DNA of 62,037 nucleotides, counting the filler, from Perkinsus olseni (Eukaryota): assembly GCA_013115125.1 (NCBI GenBank). It is 3 parts of 3 records of this genome, joined end to end, with 100 filler letters (N's around TTAATTAATTAA, not from the genome) between each part and the next. Parts side by side here need not be neighbours in the genome. Positions count along the whole stretch, not along the records: positions 1 to 20,655 come from JABANN010000571.1; 2 more parts are not named here. One strand, given 5' to 3'. Position numbers and translations under genes: made by a program. Of this stretch, positions 1 to 13,126 are shown piece after piece. A model generated the notes under the pieces. It ran no database searches, was not told the origin of the DNA, and was given only the letters and a program-made list of their open reading frames with translations. The number at the start of each line of letters is the position of its first letter. Position 1 is the first letter of the stretch.

Positions 1-539
1 CATGCAACTGCACGCAGGATGATTGGCCATAGTTCCTCGCTGATCCGATTTAGTGACGGGATAATCCGCAGCCCTCCTGAGTATCTTAGTCTGGAGCGCA
101 TAGTTCCGTTTCTGTTCAAGAGAAGGCTCGTCTATAGGTGTGTATACTGCAGAGAAGGACCATCCGTATGGCGGCTATTCAAACAAGCTGGACTGCCCGA
201 TGCAGCATGACACTATTGCACTCATTGGACTCACGATGACGGAGTCCGTCAGACGAACACCGAATGAAAGAGGAGTGCCATGCGGAGACGTTGCCCTGAG
301 CATTCGTGACTTGGAAGTTATTGTTCGTGTGCCGATCGCCTGCATCAATAAAATTCATAATAGGGACTTTTTTTGGGAAGGGCGACTCACCTATAGGATC
401 GTGAATAGTAACGCGGGCCCTTAGGGTGCATTCACTCTCGTTCCCACCAAAATTGTCCGAATTTTTCCGATGGAGGATCAGGCGCGGCGAAGGACTTCCC
501 AGATGTTCTTATACCGCAAAAAGCCGAGGCGAGGAGACA

Positions 540-830
540 TTGTGGACTGAGACGCATGAAGATTCTGGATGAATCTGAGATCCCCGTCAGTTGGATGGTG
601 GGAAGCTATCGATGCCTTGCAGCCGATGGATGGGTCAGGGCCCTTTGCTGCCCTCAGCAGGAGCAGTGCTGTAGGGGGGATAGTGTCCCTCATCATTGCA
701 TTAAAAATGTCGGGAATAATATAATGGTGTCTCACAGCATCTAGATGCTGGAGTTGTCGTGTTGAGTCAATGGTCCATCGCATTTCGCCCATCAATTGAT
801 CCTTGCTTGCCAGATATGCGGCGATGAAGC
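540..830 (+). mobile_element. possible degenerate hAT (DUF659-like) transposase relic
   Basis: Broken frames give CLAADGW, IKNVGNNIMVS and HFAHQLIL, which resemble the hAT DGW and CxAHxL motifs. Stops are present. Confidence 0.3.
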
Positions 831-1288
831 CTGCATTTCTACTGCTTCTACGCATGGTGCATGATGAGAGTGCGACTGTAATTGTCATCATCCGATCAAT
901 CGCGCACTGACCGAATGAGTGTAGAGTCGGAGTTCATTGTTGAAAGCAGACCATTGATATCCCTCACGGCCGCTTTGGGTTTAAGCTGCCGTCCTCTCGC
1001 TCCGTGCGCCAATTTGGTTTCTGGCCTAAAGGTTCAGATTATTCTACCTACTTTTTCTCGCAGTATATACAGTCACCGAGTCGTTATGCTCGAGAATGAC
1101 GAGGGTTGGCCTAGAAAGGCACTCGTTCCTCAGCCACAGTCCACCGAGATCATATTAGCATAACATAAGAGTTGTCATGATGACAGTAAGGCACATTGGA
1201 AGCATCAGTTGGTGTCCGTGATGGCGATCTTCGCGGCCAACAGCATTACCCTAGGTGCCGTAGTTCGCTCAGGTTACTTGTTCGATGA

Positions 1289-4200
1289 ATGACCCATTCT
1301 ACGGAGCTGGATCCAGTATTACAGCGTCTTCAAGGTGACTGGATTGGCCTGCCTACTACGGCTGCCATCAGGGTCGAGGGAAGAAAAGTTAATTTCAACG
1401 GCGTGCCGCTGTTGGGCCGACTTGTTCGACATTCTGATGGTCGAGTGTCCATCTCACAGTGGGTTGCCTACCCTGAGAAGGAGGACCGACCTGATGAGGA
1501 GTTGACCTGGTTCATCATCTCCAAGCAAGGCCCGGTGGAGAGTACGAGGTGGGTCCGGTCTCTGCCCCAGGCTGGACACGTTGATGAGCTCAGTAGAATG
1601 AAGAGGTCCAGCTCTTCGTTCCAGCTTCGCCAGCCAGGTGGAGGAAATGCAAGGGAGGTTGAGAATGCAAGAGTGGAGGTCAGGACATATTCTAGCGGCG
1701 TGACTGCCGGGGTGCCAGTATCACCAAATCGATGGACTCTGCGTGCGGAGAAGCTCGGGCGAGACATGACTTGGCTGAAGGATTTTGTGGAGAAGATACT
1801 GGTGTCGATCGGGGCGGCGACGAAGTTGGAGGACGTATCGCAGGCGGTGGTATCTTGCAGCGGCCTTGAGTTCATTATCTGGCGCTTGAGCGTTTCCATC
1901 AACCGTGTGAGGGAAAGCGGTAATGGTATCGAGGAGAAGGTTCGGGGGCCATACATCTCGGGGACCCTGTGGAGGCAGATGGATGGGCAGGTGGAGAGCG
2001 CAGCGTTGTTGCTCTGCTGGAAAGACGGCGTGTTCTCATGCAAGAAGTTGTGGGTTCAATCCCAGAAGAAGGATGGGAAGTTGTGTCTCCGCCTTCATCA
2101 TTATGAACTTTCGTCGTCCACCCTGCGAGAATGGCACCGCGGGGAGGCCTCACTGGAAGACGACTGCACCCTCAAAGTCATGCGGCCCACCCGTGAACTT
2201 GCCGAAGTCGTCCACACCAACGTTCAAGCTAACTCCTTCCATCTCGGGAGGTATCTGTCGGGTTTGGTCGATGACTGCCGTACGGTAGACCGGACGCGAT
2301 GGCTGCTGAGTCGGTGGTATCATGACCATGTCGCGGGCACTGGTGTCCATCTCGGCCTCTTCGATCGTTCGGGGTCCTTCCTCGGCGTATCTGAGGTTGA
2401 ACGACGACCTCTGCGTGATGAGGTTGTTGGCGTAGTTGAGTACTGGCTGACCAGAGATGCCTGCGGCAAGGGCCTAGCTCAGAGGATGTTTCAAGCCACT
2501 ATGAAGTATGCTGTGCAGGAGCTCGGTATCACAACCTTCCATCTTGACATCCACCCCGACAACACTACCTCAGCGGCGACCGCTATGAAGTCGGGTGGGA
2601 AACAGGCAAAGTCTCGCAAGGAGTCAAGAGGACAGGGCGGTCGATACGCTGTGACGAGCACTCAGACATTCGACGTTTTCAAGATAGACGCCCGAGGAAT
2701 GGGGCCTTTGTGTGGCAGCATAGAGGCGAGTAGAAGATTTTGGATGGGACCGTGGGTGGACAAAAGAGTGGCGACAGAGAGGGAGAAAATGAGGGAGCTG
2801 AAGAGGACGGTATTGCATATAGGTGAGGAGCTTGCCAAGGTGAGTGTACAAGGTGGTCAAAGATTCCCTGATCGCAGAATGAGGGCCCTCCCGCCACCGC
2901 GGCCCATTCGTGTGTATCAGGATGAGCGGGATTTCGAGAAGTTTGGCCTGAGTGTTAGCGACCGTCGCATGAGCACGGCCAGGGCGTTTATAGAGTGGCA
3001 GAGGGGCATCACTGAGGCTCAAACCCAGCTCTCCAGTGTAGGCTTCTAAGGGTCGGTGGCGTTGGTAATCGGCAGTCGTAGGTGGAGCGGAGGATCTCCA
3101 ACGACCAAGAGACCATCGACCGATTAACGATGAGAACGGAGAGGCTCAAGGAGAGCCAAGGAGAGCAGCTCCGTGAGATCGAGCAGGTGAGTCGATGCCT
3201 ACTGGGGTACGGTGACGGAGTCCACGATAGACCACATCTAGGCTTTCTGGGCTTCCATACTGGAGCAACTTATCATTTATTTTCTGCATTTCTAAATTCA
3301 TTTTCGACCACTAAGTATCTCACGCCGTAGTGGATATTTTCCGAGAAATTTGGAAATGAGAGAATGTCCATCAGGTAAAGAAGCCCAGAAGTGATCTCGC
3401 CGAATTGGAGCAGAAGAGGCTGATGGTGGAGGGTAATATTATCGAGCTGGAAAGGAGACTTTCGGCCTCAAAAGAGTGGCAGAAATCACTGAAGGCGATC
3501 GTGGATGCTCCGCGTAGCATACCTGAAGCAGATGGACCCTCTCGGCGCGCAGTGGTCGCTTTGGAGAGAGTAGAGTCTCGGCGAGCAGCGCTGGTGGAAG
3601 CACGGCAGGAAGGGGAGGAGCAGTCCGTAAAATTGGCGAATTATGATAAACTCCGCTCCGCTGCGAAGCTCGTCGAGAAGCTGACTGCCGCATCTTCGGT
3701 GTCTTTCGATTGCAAATATCGGGCCGACAGTCGGGCCCGCGCTGTCAGTGCGGACAGGACGAGCTCGACCCGAGCCGGGCGGGGCAGCTCTGTACGGCGC
3801 ACGAGAAGCGCAGAGCGGCAGTGGTATTACCCTGATGTCCCTCATCCTAGGACCCTTGGGGACTGGTACTATTCACTTGGCATCCCAGTGGTTGGGGACA
3901 ACGTTCTCGTCTCGTGCTTGCAGCGAGGGTTCAGCTCAGCCGACAACGAGTTTTGGTTGGTACTGGTAGTTAGCTCGTATCAACAGGCCTGCCAAGGCCG
4001 CCGTCGGGTGTGGTTGGAGTTCCTGAGGGAGATCCATGCCGGAAAAGTGCCAGGAAAGCAACTTCGGTGCTCGGTCCTGGACCTCAGTACCGCCGGCCAT
4101 GAGAGTCGAGAGAAGCTAGCATCGTGGCTGGATCTTGGCCTCTTCGACCTTCCACAGCTCCGCCTGCTGCGTGGCCAGGATCGCTTCGTCTACACTGGCG

Positions 4201-4304
4201 AGGCTGAGGTTGAGGCAGTATGTCGTTTCCTCGACCACTTGCCACCCCCAGTGAGTGTCGAGATACCCCCGCCATCCAAAGGGAAAACAATCGGTCGCTT
4301 CTGA
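1289..4304 (+). CDS. multi-domain protein: RimJ/RimL-like GNAT acetyltransferase + coiled coil + thioredoxin-like fold
   Basis: Exons 1289-3037, 3082-3186 and 3375-4304 join in phase 0 through GT-AG introns, with a probable extra in-frame intron at 2840-2920. GNAT motif VEYWLTRDACGKGLAQRMFQATMKYAVQELGITTFHLDIHPDNTTS. Trx-like C-terminus FWLVLVVSSYQQACQ...LPQLRLLRGQDRFVYTG. Confidence 0.7.
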
Positions 4305-4649
4305 CGAACCATGCTCGTGGCGTCGCCGTCGCCGTCGGCAGAGTCCCTTGACTGGGCGATGTACACTTCTGCTGTTGCTGCTCTTGCCGGGACTCTCCTC
4401 ACCTGCTGCTCTCTGGGCGTGTATTATTAGCGCTCCTCGTAGAATTTGTCACATATGGTACCGACTTTTGTTCACTTAAGAAAAAAGAAATACCCACCTG
4501 CATGAAACACGCTGTAGCATCGCCCTTATCGTCGATTAATAGGTAAGAAGCCGGCTTGTGTTTGTAGTATAACAATGACCAAGCATAATAGAGCAAGAGT
4601 CTTCACCCTAGCCGACCCGATAGTTGAGTGAGCTCCTGTTTACTTCTAT

Positions 4650-7600
4650 ATGGCTGTTTCAACGAACCATTCGACCTGTACCAAGGACCCAGCAACTACC
4701 TCCAAGAACACAGAATGCGTTAGAGTTGTAAGCCAGGCCACCGACCCGGTCCCTGCGTAACCACGCGCTGGGGCTGTATGGCACAAGATGGTGATGATCT
4801 GCAGGTGATCCGCTGCCGGCCTATGTCCGAGCAAGAGCTCGCGGATGGTCGCACGCAGACGGTGGAGATGGACTCGGCGTACCACTTGGTTACTGTGTAC
4901 AAGCCCACTGCAGCGGTGAGTGACTGAAAGCACTCGGTGATCTATGGGCGGTTATCAGGGCCAGAGCGAGAACCGAGAAATAGCGAAAGAGTTCACCTTC
5001 GATGCTGTTTATCCACCAGCATCAAGGCAGTCCCAGATCTATGAGGAAGCGGCCTACCCTATTGTTGAAAACGTCCTTGAAGGATACAACGGCAAGGAGC
5101 TTCGATCATCATCCTCTGCCGCGATCGATGTTTGTAGGGACGATATTCGCCTATGGACAGACGGGTACAGGGAAGACGCACACCATGGTGGGCCCTACTG
5201 GGGGCAAGAAGAGTAGGTCGGGCAGGAAGGCACTGCCGTTGTTGTCGGCTGGTGCTGCTCAGCCGATCAGCACGGTATGATACCGCGGGCTTTCGAGCAT
5301 TTGTTCAAGAGCATCGATGAAAGCGGCGGACAGGAAATAAGTTACTTGGTCCGAGCTAGCTTTCTGGAGATTTACAACGAGGAGATCCGCGACCTGTTGT
5401 CGAAGAACCCCAAAGAGAAGTTGGAGCTCAAGGACAATCCGGTGAGAAGATTAAAGCCCTGCTCGTGGTGGTGGAGGAGCATCATTTAAAGCAGGACACC
5501 GGTGTCTACGTGAAGGACCTACAGGCCTTTGTTGTCAAGGGCGTTGACGAAATGCGCCAGGTTAGTGTCCCTCTCGTTGCACCCTCAAGCGGTTCGACTG
5601 AGGTCTGAGCAGGTGATGGCAGCTGGGCAAAGGAACAGGTCGGTGGGCGCGACTCTGATGAACGTCGAGTCTAGTAGATCGCACTCGATCTTCACTATCA
5701 CCGTAGAGACTGCGGAGATGAGAGCGGACGGTCAGGGGCACATACGGTGAGCCGCAACTAAATCGATTGCATGTGACGGCCGCCGCGTCCTTGTCTCTCA
5801 ATGTAAGTGTCTGCGTTGGGTGTCAGGGTAGGAAAGCTGAATATGGTTGATCTAGCGGGCTCGGAAAGGCAGTCTAAGACCGGCTCAACAGGTAAGGACG
5901 GGCTTCGGTGGATGTCGCCATCACTGTGCGCTCAGGCGATACGCTTAAGGAGGCGACGAAGATCAACCTATCGCTATCGGCCCTCGGAAACGTCATCTCG
6001 GCTCTTGTGGACAGTCGGTCTACCTTCGTACCGTACAGGGACTCCAAGCTCACTCGACTGCTGCAAGTGAGCGCGTGCAGTGACTCATCTCTCTGGGCAT
6101 ACCTTTTTCGTAGGACTCCCTGGGTGGCAACACTAAGACTGTGATGGTGGCTAATATAGGTCCAGCGGACTACAATTACGACGAAACGCTCTCAACCTTG
6201 AGGCGCGAAGCAGCGGCTGCTGTATTATTCCATTCGGACTGGTTCCGGTAGGTACGCTCACCGGGCTAAATCTATCAAGAACAAGCCACGCATTAACGAG
6301 GATCCCAAGGACGCCATGATAAGGGAGTTCCAGGAGGAGATATGTAACCTGTCACTGCGCCACGCGTATTCCAAGTACAACGACGAAATCTCGTGGTGAT
6401 CATCATCGCTGTGCGTCGATCGTGGCGACCACTCACTATGTATTCGGTTGGTCGTTGGAAGAGCTTGAGACCTGAGTGAGCGGCGTGTCTTACTGGGACG
6501 AGTATCGGAGATTCGTTTTTGGTGGTCACACGGTGGAGCCTGCTGTATATCCTGTTCAGCGCGACTAAAGTCGCAGCTGGCGGTGCAGTCTGGCATGATG
6601 GCCGAGGGCGGTGGTTCAATCCCTCGCGAAGTAACCGTCGAAAAGGTCGTCGAGAAGGTGGGGATTTTCTGCTTACTATTGTGCTGGTTAGTTGGTGTCT
6701 CGTCCGACCATCGGCTGTCAGTCAGGTCGTTCATGTCCAAGGGCCGAGCGAGAAAGAGATCGAACAGATCAAGCATAACATGGCTAAGGAGCAGCAGGAG
6801 GTCCACAAGAAGTTTGAAGAGTGAGCCCTTGGCACTGCCTCCCTCCTGAGTTATGGCGCTGATGGCTAGAGAGCGGCAAAAGATTTTGGCGGAAAAGACA
6901 AGGACGGAGCAAGAGCGGCAAAGCTTGCTGTCCGAGCTCCAGCGGAAAGAGGTGAGACTTTTGGGTTTCTAGTTGATTGTGGCCAGGAAACAACCACTCG
7001 TGTGCATCCGCAAGCTTGATAGTCGTAGTTCTTGGTTTCTTTAGGAGCAAGGAGAGAAGCAGCGGCAGCAGCAGGTGCAGTTGTTGGATAAATTGAAGCA
7101 GATGGAGGACAAGATGTTGATGGGAACAAAAGTAACTCGTACGAGCTCACTGCTCCCGTCCTGTGAGCACAGCAGCGTCTTCTTGCTCCACCGGATCCGA
7201 CCCGATGACTAAGATCTGGCGCCGCCCATCTTGCAGCCGGGAGGTGGTCATCCTCGCACCACTAGCATAAGCTTTTCTAGTTCTGGCTCCTAGGGTCCCC
7301 TTAGCTCTCTGAGCGGCTAATTTCTCTGTTAGGCTTCTGGCTTCTTACGGTCGGTTTTGCCTGAACTCAGGTTATTCAGCAGGCAGCAGTTCAGGAAAAA
7401 GAGTTGAAGAAAGCAAGACGAGCTCTCGAGAAAAAGAAAGAGGACGAGGAACGAATTCGCGCCAAAGTCCAACGCGGGGCTGGTGGATGAAACTCGACGC
7501 TGGCGGACTGCTGTTTCTGAGACCCGTAGCTTCAGGTAAGAGAACAAGAGGAGGAGCGCCTTCTTCTAGCAGAGAAGTACGAGGCTAAGGATGGTCAAGT

Positions 7601-8636
7601 TCTCAAGCTCACAAACAAAGTGAGATCTGCCACCTCGCTGAAGTCTCACAGGCCGTCTGTCGTTTCCAGTTGGAGAAGCTCTGGCATAAGTATAAGAACG
7701 CTAGCGCAGAGGTCGATGACCTGCAGAGGTAGGGATGTGCTTTCCTGCAGCGAGAACTCCCTAAGCAAAGTGTGGTCGTTCATGACTCAGGGAATTTCAA
7801 CAGGAGAGAGAAGATATGTTGGAGTCCATTCGAGCGTTAAGCAAGGAGCTCAAGCTCAAGTCCCTCGTGATCGACTATTTCATCCCTCCAGACGAGTACG
7901 TTTCGCTGCATCCGAAACACGCCGGTGGTGAACTCAGTTCACTGAACTGAAGAGCGTCTCAACCGAGAGTGCTTGTTAGGTACCAAAGAATAGTAGATCG
8001 TGCTCAGTATGATCAAGTGGAGGATTCTTGGGAGATCAGCCACATGGAGATAGCTGGCAATGCCCAATCGAAGCGGCCTGGATCGGCTCTCGGGTTCAAA
8101 CGACCGACGGCAGAGTTCACGCGGGTTGCTCGGCAGCACTCGGCTGACCCTAGGTGAGCTTCGCGATTTCGCTCTCGCGGCAGTTGGATTTGAACGCCTT
8201 CGTCTTTTAGATTCCGAAGCGAGGGAATCCTGCAGACCGACTTGTTGGCCACTGAACGGCTCACACAAGCTGGCGAAGTCGACCCTTCCCAACCGATGAA
8301 CAATGAAGTGCTGAGCGCCATACGGAGTGGTGAGGAGGGAGCCCGTTCCTCCTCATTGCCTTGTACTTGCCTGCCAGGCCTCGACGAGAACGACTATGTC
8401 CCCAATGCGAGCGTCTATTTCTCGTGAGCGAGCCGTGGTTGATACTACTCGGAGCTTCCTCGTCATCAGATACGCCGAAGTGACCGCTGAACGGCCCCGA
8501 TCGGCGAATCGGTCCGCACCTCGGCCACAGAGTGGCACACGTCGCCCTGGTTGGTACCTTTGCGTCTTTTTTTGGTGGCCTGGTCACATCCTCAGGCACG
8601 GCAAGTCGCCACGGGAGGACAGGGGTTCTTAGATGA
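4650..8636 (+). CDS. kinesin-2 (KIF3/FLA10-like) motor protein, about 20 short introns
   Basis: Spliced motifs [35 protein letters not shown] (P-loop), [55 protein letters not shown], followed by a coiled-coil stalk and tail. Confidence 0.93.
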
Positions 8637-8844
8637 CATGCTTTAGGGGGCCATGACGCGTCTCAGATGATTAGTGTCCATTCGAGAGGTTACATTGTAG
8701 TTGAGTTAGGACTATGCCGGGTGCCGGGGTCGAACCTGGGTGTCAGGCCTCTGCATGCAAGATGCCTGAAACCGTTTCGCAATCGCGCCCCAGTGATTAT
8801 AACTGATGGCTGCGTTCAATACTCTCAGCAATGAGTAGAAGAGT

Positions 8845-10746
8845 ATGGTTAGATTCCTCAGTATTGTTTGTGGACTCTTTGACATGGCCCGGAGAACATC
8901 ATCTGATTCCGAGCTCGTCGCCCGTCAACACTGGGAGTCCCTCGCCTGGACTGAGTACGACATGGACACGAAGTTGAACGTGTTGAAGCAAGTTCTACCA
9001 GCGGACGTTGTCGAAGGCACCGTTGCAAGGTCGCCGAGAACTACTTGTTCCGTGTCCGGCATCTTTCCTTTGGCTCAGGTTCTTCTATCACAGTGAAGCT
9101 GTCCCCCACGTGTTGGTTATGGGTGGACGATCGAACCAGTTCACCTACCACGATGAATCCGTCCTCTTTGACACTTTCAACGAGCGATGGGTATTCTCTG
9201 CTCCTATCCTCGAGAGGCCAACCGTCCCTTTCAGATGTCCGCTGGTCCTCTTCCTGAGGGGTTCAGTCGAGTCGGGGCTGGCTCCGCTACGCTGCTAGAT
9301 GGACGCATCCTTCTGGTCGGCGGTTACACGGACAGTGTTACTAGCCCTACCGACAGATGCGACATGTATGCTTGTCAAATACACAGTTCTCGGTAGAGCT
9401 TTCTCCTCAGATACGATCCCGAGACGGGCATGTGGTCTCCTGCGGCGCCGTTGTCCCTTGGTCGTTTCGGCCTCGGCGTGGCCACCATCGCTAACGGGTT
9501 CGTGTATGTCCGAGAGATGAAGCTGAGCTGAGCGTATCGAGGTATCCTGTAGATACGCTGTTGGTGGCAACACAGGACTGCATGGTCCGACATCTGTTGT
9601 GGAGTATTACGATCCCGAAGGGGATGTTTGGCTACCCGCTCCGCCACACCACCAGTTACCCTATCCGACGGCGGGAGGGCGCCTTGTGGCGTCTCATGGA
9701 GGAGCGATGTGAGTGGCATTTAATGTCAGGCAATCTGGGTAGACGATGCTCTTCAGGTTGCACGTAGTTGGGGGTTGCAGTGACACCTTCACGGCTTCGG
9801 AGAACGTCCTTACTTTGGACTTGGTTGCAGATTTCGAACACTTGGAAAAATTCCGCAGTCGGACGCCGGTGCCATGGCGGTGCTTCGGCCATCACGCTTC
9901 GTCTCAGGATCTGGCGTGAATCTTCCGCCCGTGACCGGCCGATGGACTGTCACTCACGAACTCAGAAGCCGGCGTGCTGCCGCTGCTGTCTGTGTGGACG
10001 ACGATGATAACCTGTGAGTTACCCTCCCTATTCTGTGTTGAGCAGGATTACTGTAGGATTGTTTCTGGTGGATTCACCGAGCCAGGCAGTGTCGAGCGGG
10101 AGCTTTCTACCGTAGAGGTTATCAACTTGAAGGACATTGAGGCTCAATCTCGCATTGTTGGTGACATGGCACACAAACGAGGGGGATGTGAGTTCAGCGG
10201 GTTACTTCTAGTTTCGTCCCTGTGCTGATTTGCTCTCCTCAGGCGTTTCTGTTCATGTTCCGGGCATCGGTGCTGTCGTCGTTGGAGGCGAAAGCACCTT
10301 ACATGGGTCTCCGTGTCGTGTGCCTCCTTCTCCCGATTTATTTGTCAACCACGAAGAAGAAGATTTGTGTCGCATGGGCAGCCCACCTCGGCCACCGTCC
10401 CCCAGAAGCCAGTCGAGAACAACGTTGCAGGTGAGTTTGTTTTCATTCGCTTCCATATGGCTCTTCATTCCTTAGAATGAACCTTTCACGCCTGTCCCTA
10501 ATCGTCAAAGGCCCCGTAATGACAATGCCGATGACATCGTCTCACCCGTGGTACTTCCCACGTCTGAGGTGCGCTCGCTAGTATCTCTTGTCCTGCGATG
10601 AGATGGACTGTCAGATCGTGGGAGTCGGCAAGTGGTCCGTGCTGCCGCTCATGCCCGAAGAGCGTACTGCTGCAGCTGTTGCGGTCGTTTGGAAGTTGCC
10701 GAGGGGCTTCTTCTACAAACCGCTGGTAGATTTGCTCACCGTATAA
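8845..10746 (+). CDS. Kelch-repeat protein (multi-exon)
   Basis: Repeated GG...W units: VLVMGGRS...FDTFNERW, ILLVGGYTD, YDPETGMW, YAVGGN...EYYDPEGDVW, IVSGGF, VVVGGE. The last exon ends LVDLLTV* at 10746. Confidence 0.8.
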
Positions 10747-11449
10747 TTACTCTCACGTACACAAATATATGGCGCGAAGTAACCTGCTGGTCTCGCTCGT
10801 ATACGTAAGGCATCTTGCATGAGCAACAGTGAACATTTCCACTGTGATTTAAAGCCCGTTGTGTTGGTTGGGAACATAAGTAGTAGTCTTTTCCACGTTG
10901 CAGCCCAGTTGTTACTACAGCTCCCTGGCAGCTGACTACCGTGTATCAGAGATCACTAATCATAAAGATGGGGTTAATGAGTTGTTTGCGATTTCTAACG
11001 TCGGTCTTGCCAAGGCGGTGAAAGCGGGTAGATTTCGGGCGCTACTTGATCGTGTCGCCTAGCTTCGACCACTTGACTCGGACGGTTAGACGAATTGATT
11101 GTGTGCAGTTATCAAGAATTGAGAACAAGTTGAAGGGAGCGGATAGGGTCGTGAAAGAGTGCGGCGCGCGCCCGTGGAGAGAAGAGACACTCTTGATCGA
11201 CTGACTCATTAATCGGACGACTCCGGTAGCGACTCTTGAGGTTGGTTTGAATTCGAATCTAGCGCTAGGAGTTTGGAATCGCTCTGTGGGTGCGTGAATG
11301 TAGAACCTTTTTCTGTTCCTAAGATAGGAATCCTATCCTTCTGATTCTCGGACTGTGACATAATCATCGCACTATACTGCTCGCTCGCAAACTAGGGGGG
11401 CGCTTGATCGCTTGCATGCTGAGGCCAGCGAGTGAATGTGTATATTTCA

Positions 11450-11522
11450 GCCCAGATAGCTCAGTTGGGAGAGCGCCAGACTGAAGATCTGGAGGTCCTC
11501 AGTTCGATCCTGGGTCTGGGCA
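11450..11522 (+). tRNA. tRNA-Phe(GAA)
   Basis: Full cloverleaf with GCCCAGA/TCTGGGC acceptor, anticodon loop CTGAAGA and T-loop TTCGATC, followed by a TTTT terminator. Confidence 0.97.
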
Positions 11523-11801
11523 TTTTGGTTTACGGGATGGTGTAAGTCCTCTTTTCTTGGACGGCTCGTACCCCTCCTTACCAAGATCGGACCTTGGTCG
11601 GAACAGTCGTCAGCCCAAGCGATGATCAATATTGGCGAGCAATGAGAGTGCCCACGGATCCATCAAGAAATCCAGCGAAACCTCCAATGAGGTATGATTG
11701 TGTGAGAGGGACAGGAGACCCGGAAGAGAACTTTTGGAGGGAAGCAGCGGGGCAATACGAAGGTTGGCGGCAACGACCTTGTCCTCCGTTAAAACTTTTG
11801 T

Positions 11802-11873
11802 GTCGCTATCGTCTAGTGGTTAGGACGTCACGTTGTGGCCGTGACAACCCCGGTTCAAATCCGGGTAGCGACT
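11802..11873 (+). tRNA. tRNA-His(GTG) copy 1
   Basis: GTCGCTA/TAGCGAC acceptor, anticodon loop TTGTGGC, T-loop TTCAAAT. Confidence 0.95.
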
Positions 11874-12099
11874 ATATTCCGAGCGAGTAAACCTCGTATA
11901 CTCGCTCGAAGTGGAGTGTTTGGGTCACCTTTCGATCAAAGGCTTTCATGGATGTCTGGAGACTCACTCTGTGGATGGCAGTCCTATCTACAAGGAATGG
12001 CAATGCGATGCTTTTTACATAATGGAGACTGAAACCGTTTCGGCGGAACGGTTTCGTGAGGCAGTGATAGCGCTTCTACTGGATGTGGAAGGCCAATTG

Positions 12100-12420
12100 A
12101 AAAATGCTGTGGTGTGCTGCTGCAGTGATGAGCCCTCCGGTAGCAGTAAGACAGGGCTCGATGCCATCAAAACGTCAAACCTAGCTTCAAAATGTTCAGG
12201 GGAGTCCCCAAAAATAAAAACCAACCCTGACACTGCGTGTTTGATCTGAGAATGGGCGCGTTAGTGACTCAACGACTCTCAGATCGTTGGCGTACGGCGG
12301 ATAGAACAATCAGTTCCAGGGATACACGCGCTGCACGATGGCATAGCCTGGGACGGTGGATTCTGTAGTACAGAATGGTCTCCAATTTTCTCCTCTTCAT
12401 ACGATACCTATAAGACGAGA
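12100..12420 (-). pseudogene. degenerate third MAPEG copy
   Basis: Frameshifted homology to the last exons of the MAPEG genes: YRMKRRKLETIL...PGYAIVQ vs YRMTKGSLKAIL...PSYAVVQ, and FDGIEPCLTATGGLIT vs LDDIKSHLVAGGGLIA. Confidence 0.6.
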
Positions 12421-12818
12421 AACTGTCAGGGAACGCCTGATACGTACTTGCAGGCAGTGGCTGGCAGTGACTCTGGACTCCTGTGACCAACACCGTTACT
12501 GCACCCCACATCGCTGAGTGGATCCACCCGAGTCATTCTGATCATCAGAAATTCTGATTCAGAAACGGATGATACCCTAGGAGAGGAGCGCTCGACAGCA
12601 GTGCCCTCTGTAGCGGGCATATGTTAATGCGACGGGAGTCACTCTTTTGTCGCTAGGTCCAACACTATTTGCCTGATATGGAAGATCGAAGCTGACTGCG
12701 ACGGTTGAGGACGCGGCGTCAATATCACCCCGTAGCTCGATCCTTCCGCTGAAAGTAGACATTGGAAGCGCAAATACTCATATGGGTCTGACGGGACTTG
12801 CTTGACGAACTGCACGGA

Positions 12819-12890
12819 GTCGCTATCGTCTAGTGGTTAGGACGTCACGTTGTGGCCGTGACAACCCCGGTACAACTCCGGGTAGCGACT
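12819..12890 (+). tRNA. tRNA-His(GTG) copy 2, T-loop variant (possible pseudogene)
   Basis: Identical to copies 1 and 3 except that the T-loop is TACAACT instead of TTCAAAT. Confidence 0.8.
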
Positions 12891-13126
12891 TTATGATCCA
12901 AACTGTTTACAGCCATGATTCAGCCATTGGTCGATAGAGAACTACGAGGAAATGTCGCGCCGTTTTCGAAGAGCACCAACACAGAGCTTCACAACCGATA
13001 GAAACGGAAACCGCTCCCTCAATCCGGTGTGAGGGCGCAACCACAGAACAAAAACTACTCAAAAACTCTGCGTACGGCTGCTGGGGATAATTTTCTCTAG
13101 CCGGCTTGACACCAGGCTGAGGGATA

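Noticed and set aside
8714-8790. Minus-strand GGTTCGACCC B-box-like motif with an adjacent hairpin, suggesting a tRNA or tRNA-Sec
   Set aside because: The T-stem is mismatched and no acceptor stem or D-arm can be built. It is at most a SINE or tRNA relic.
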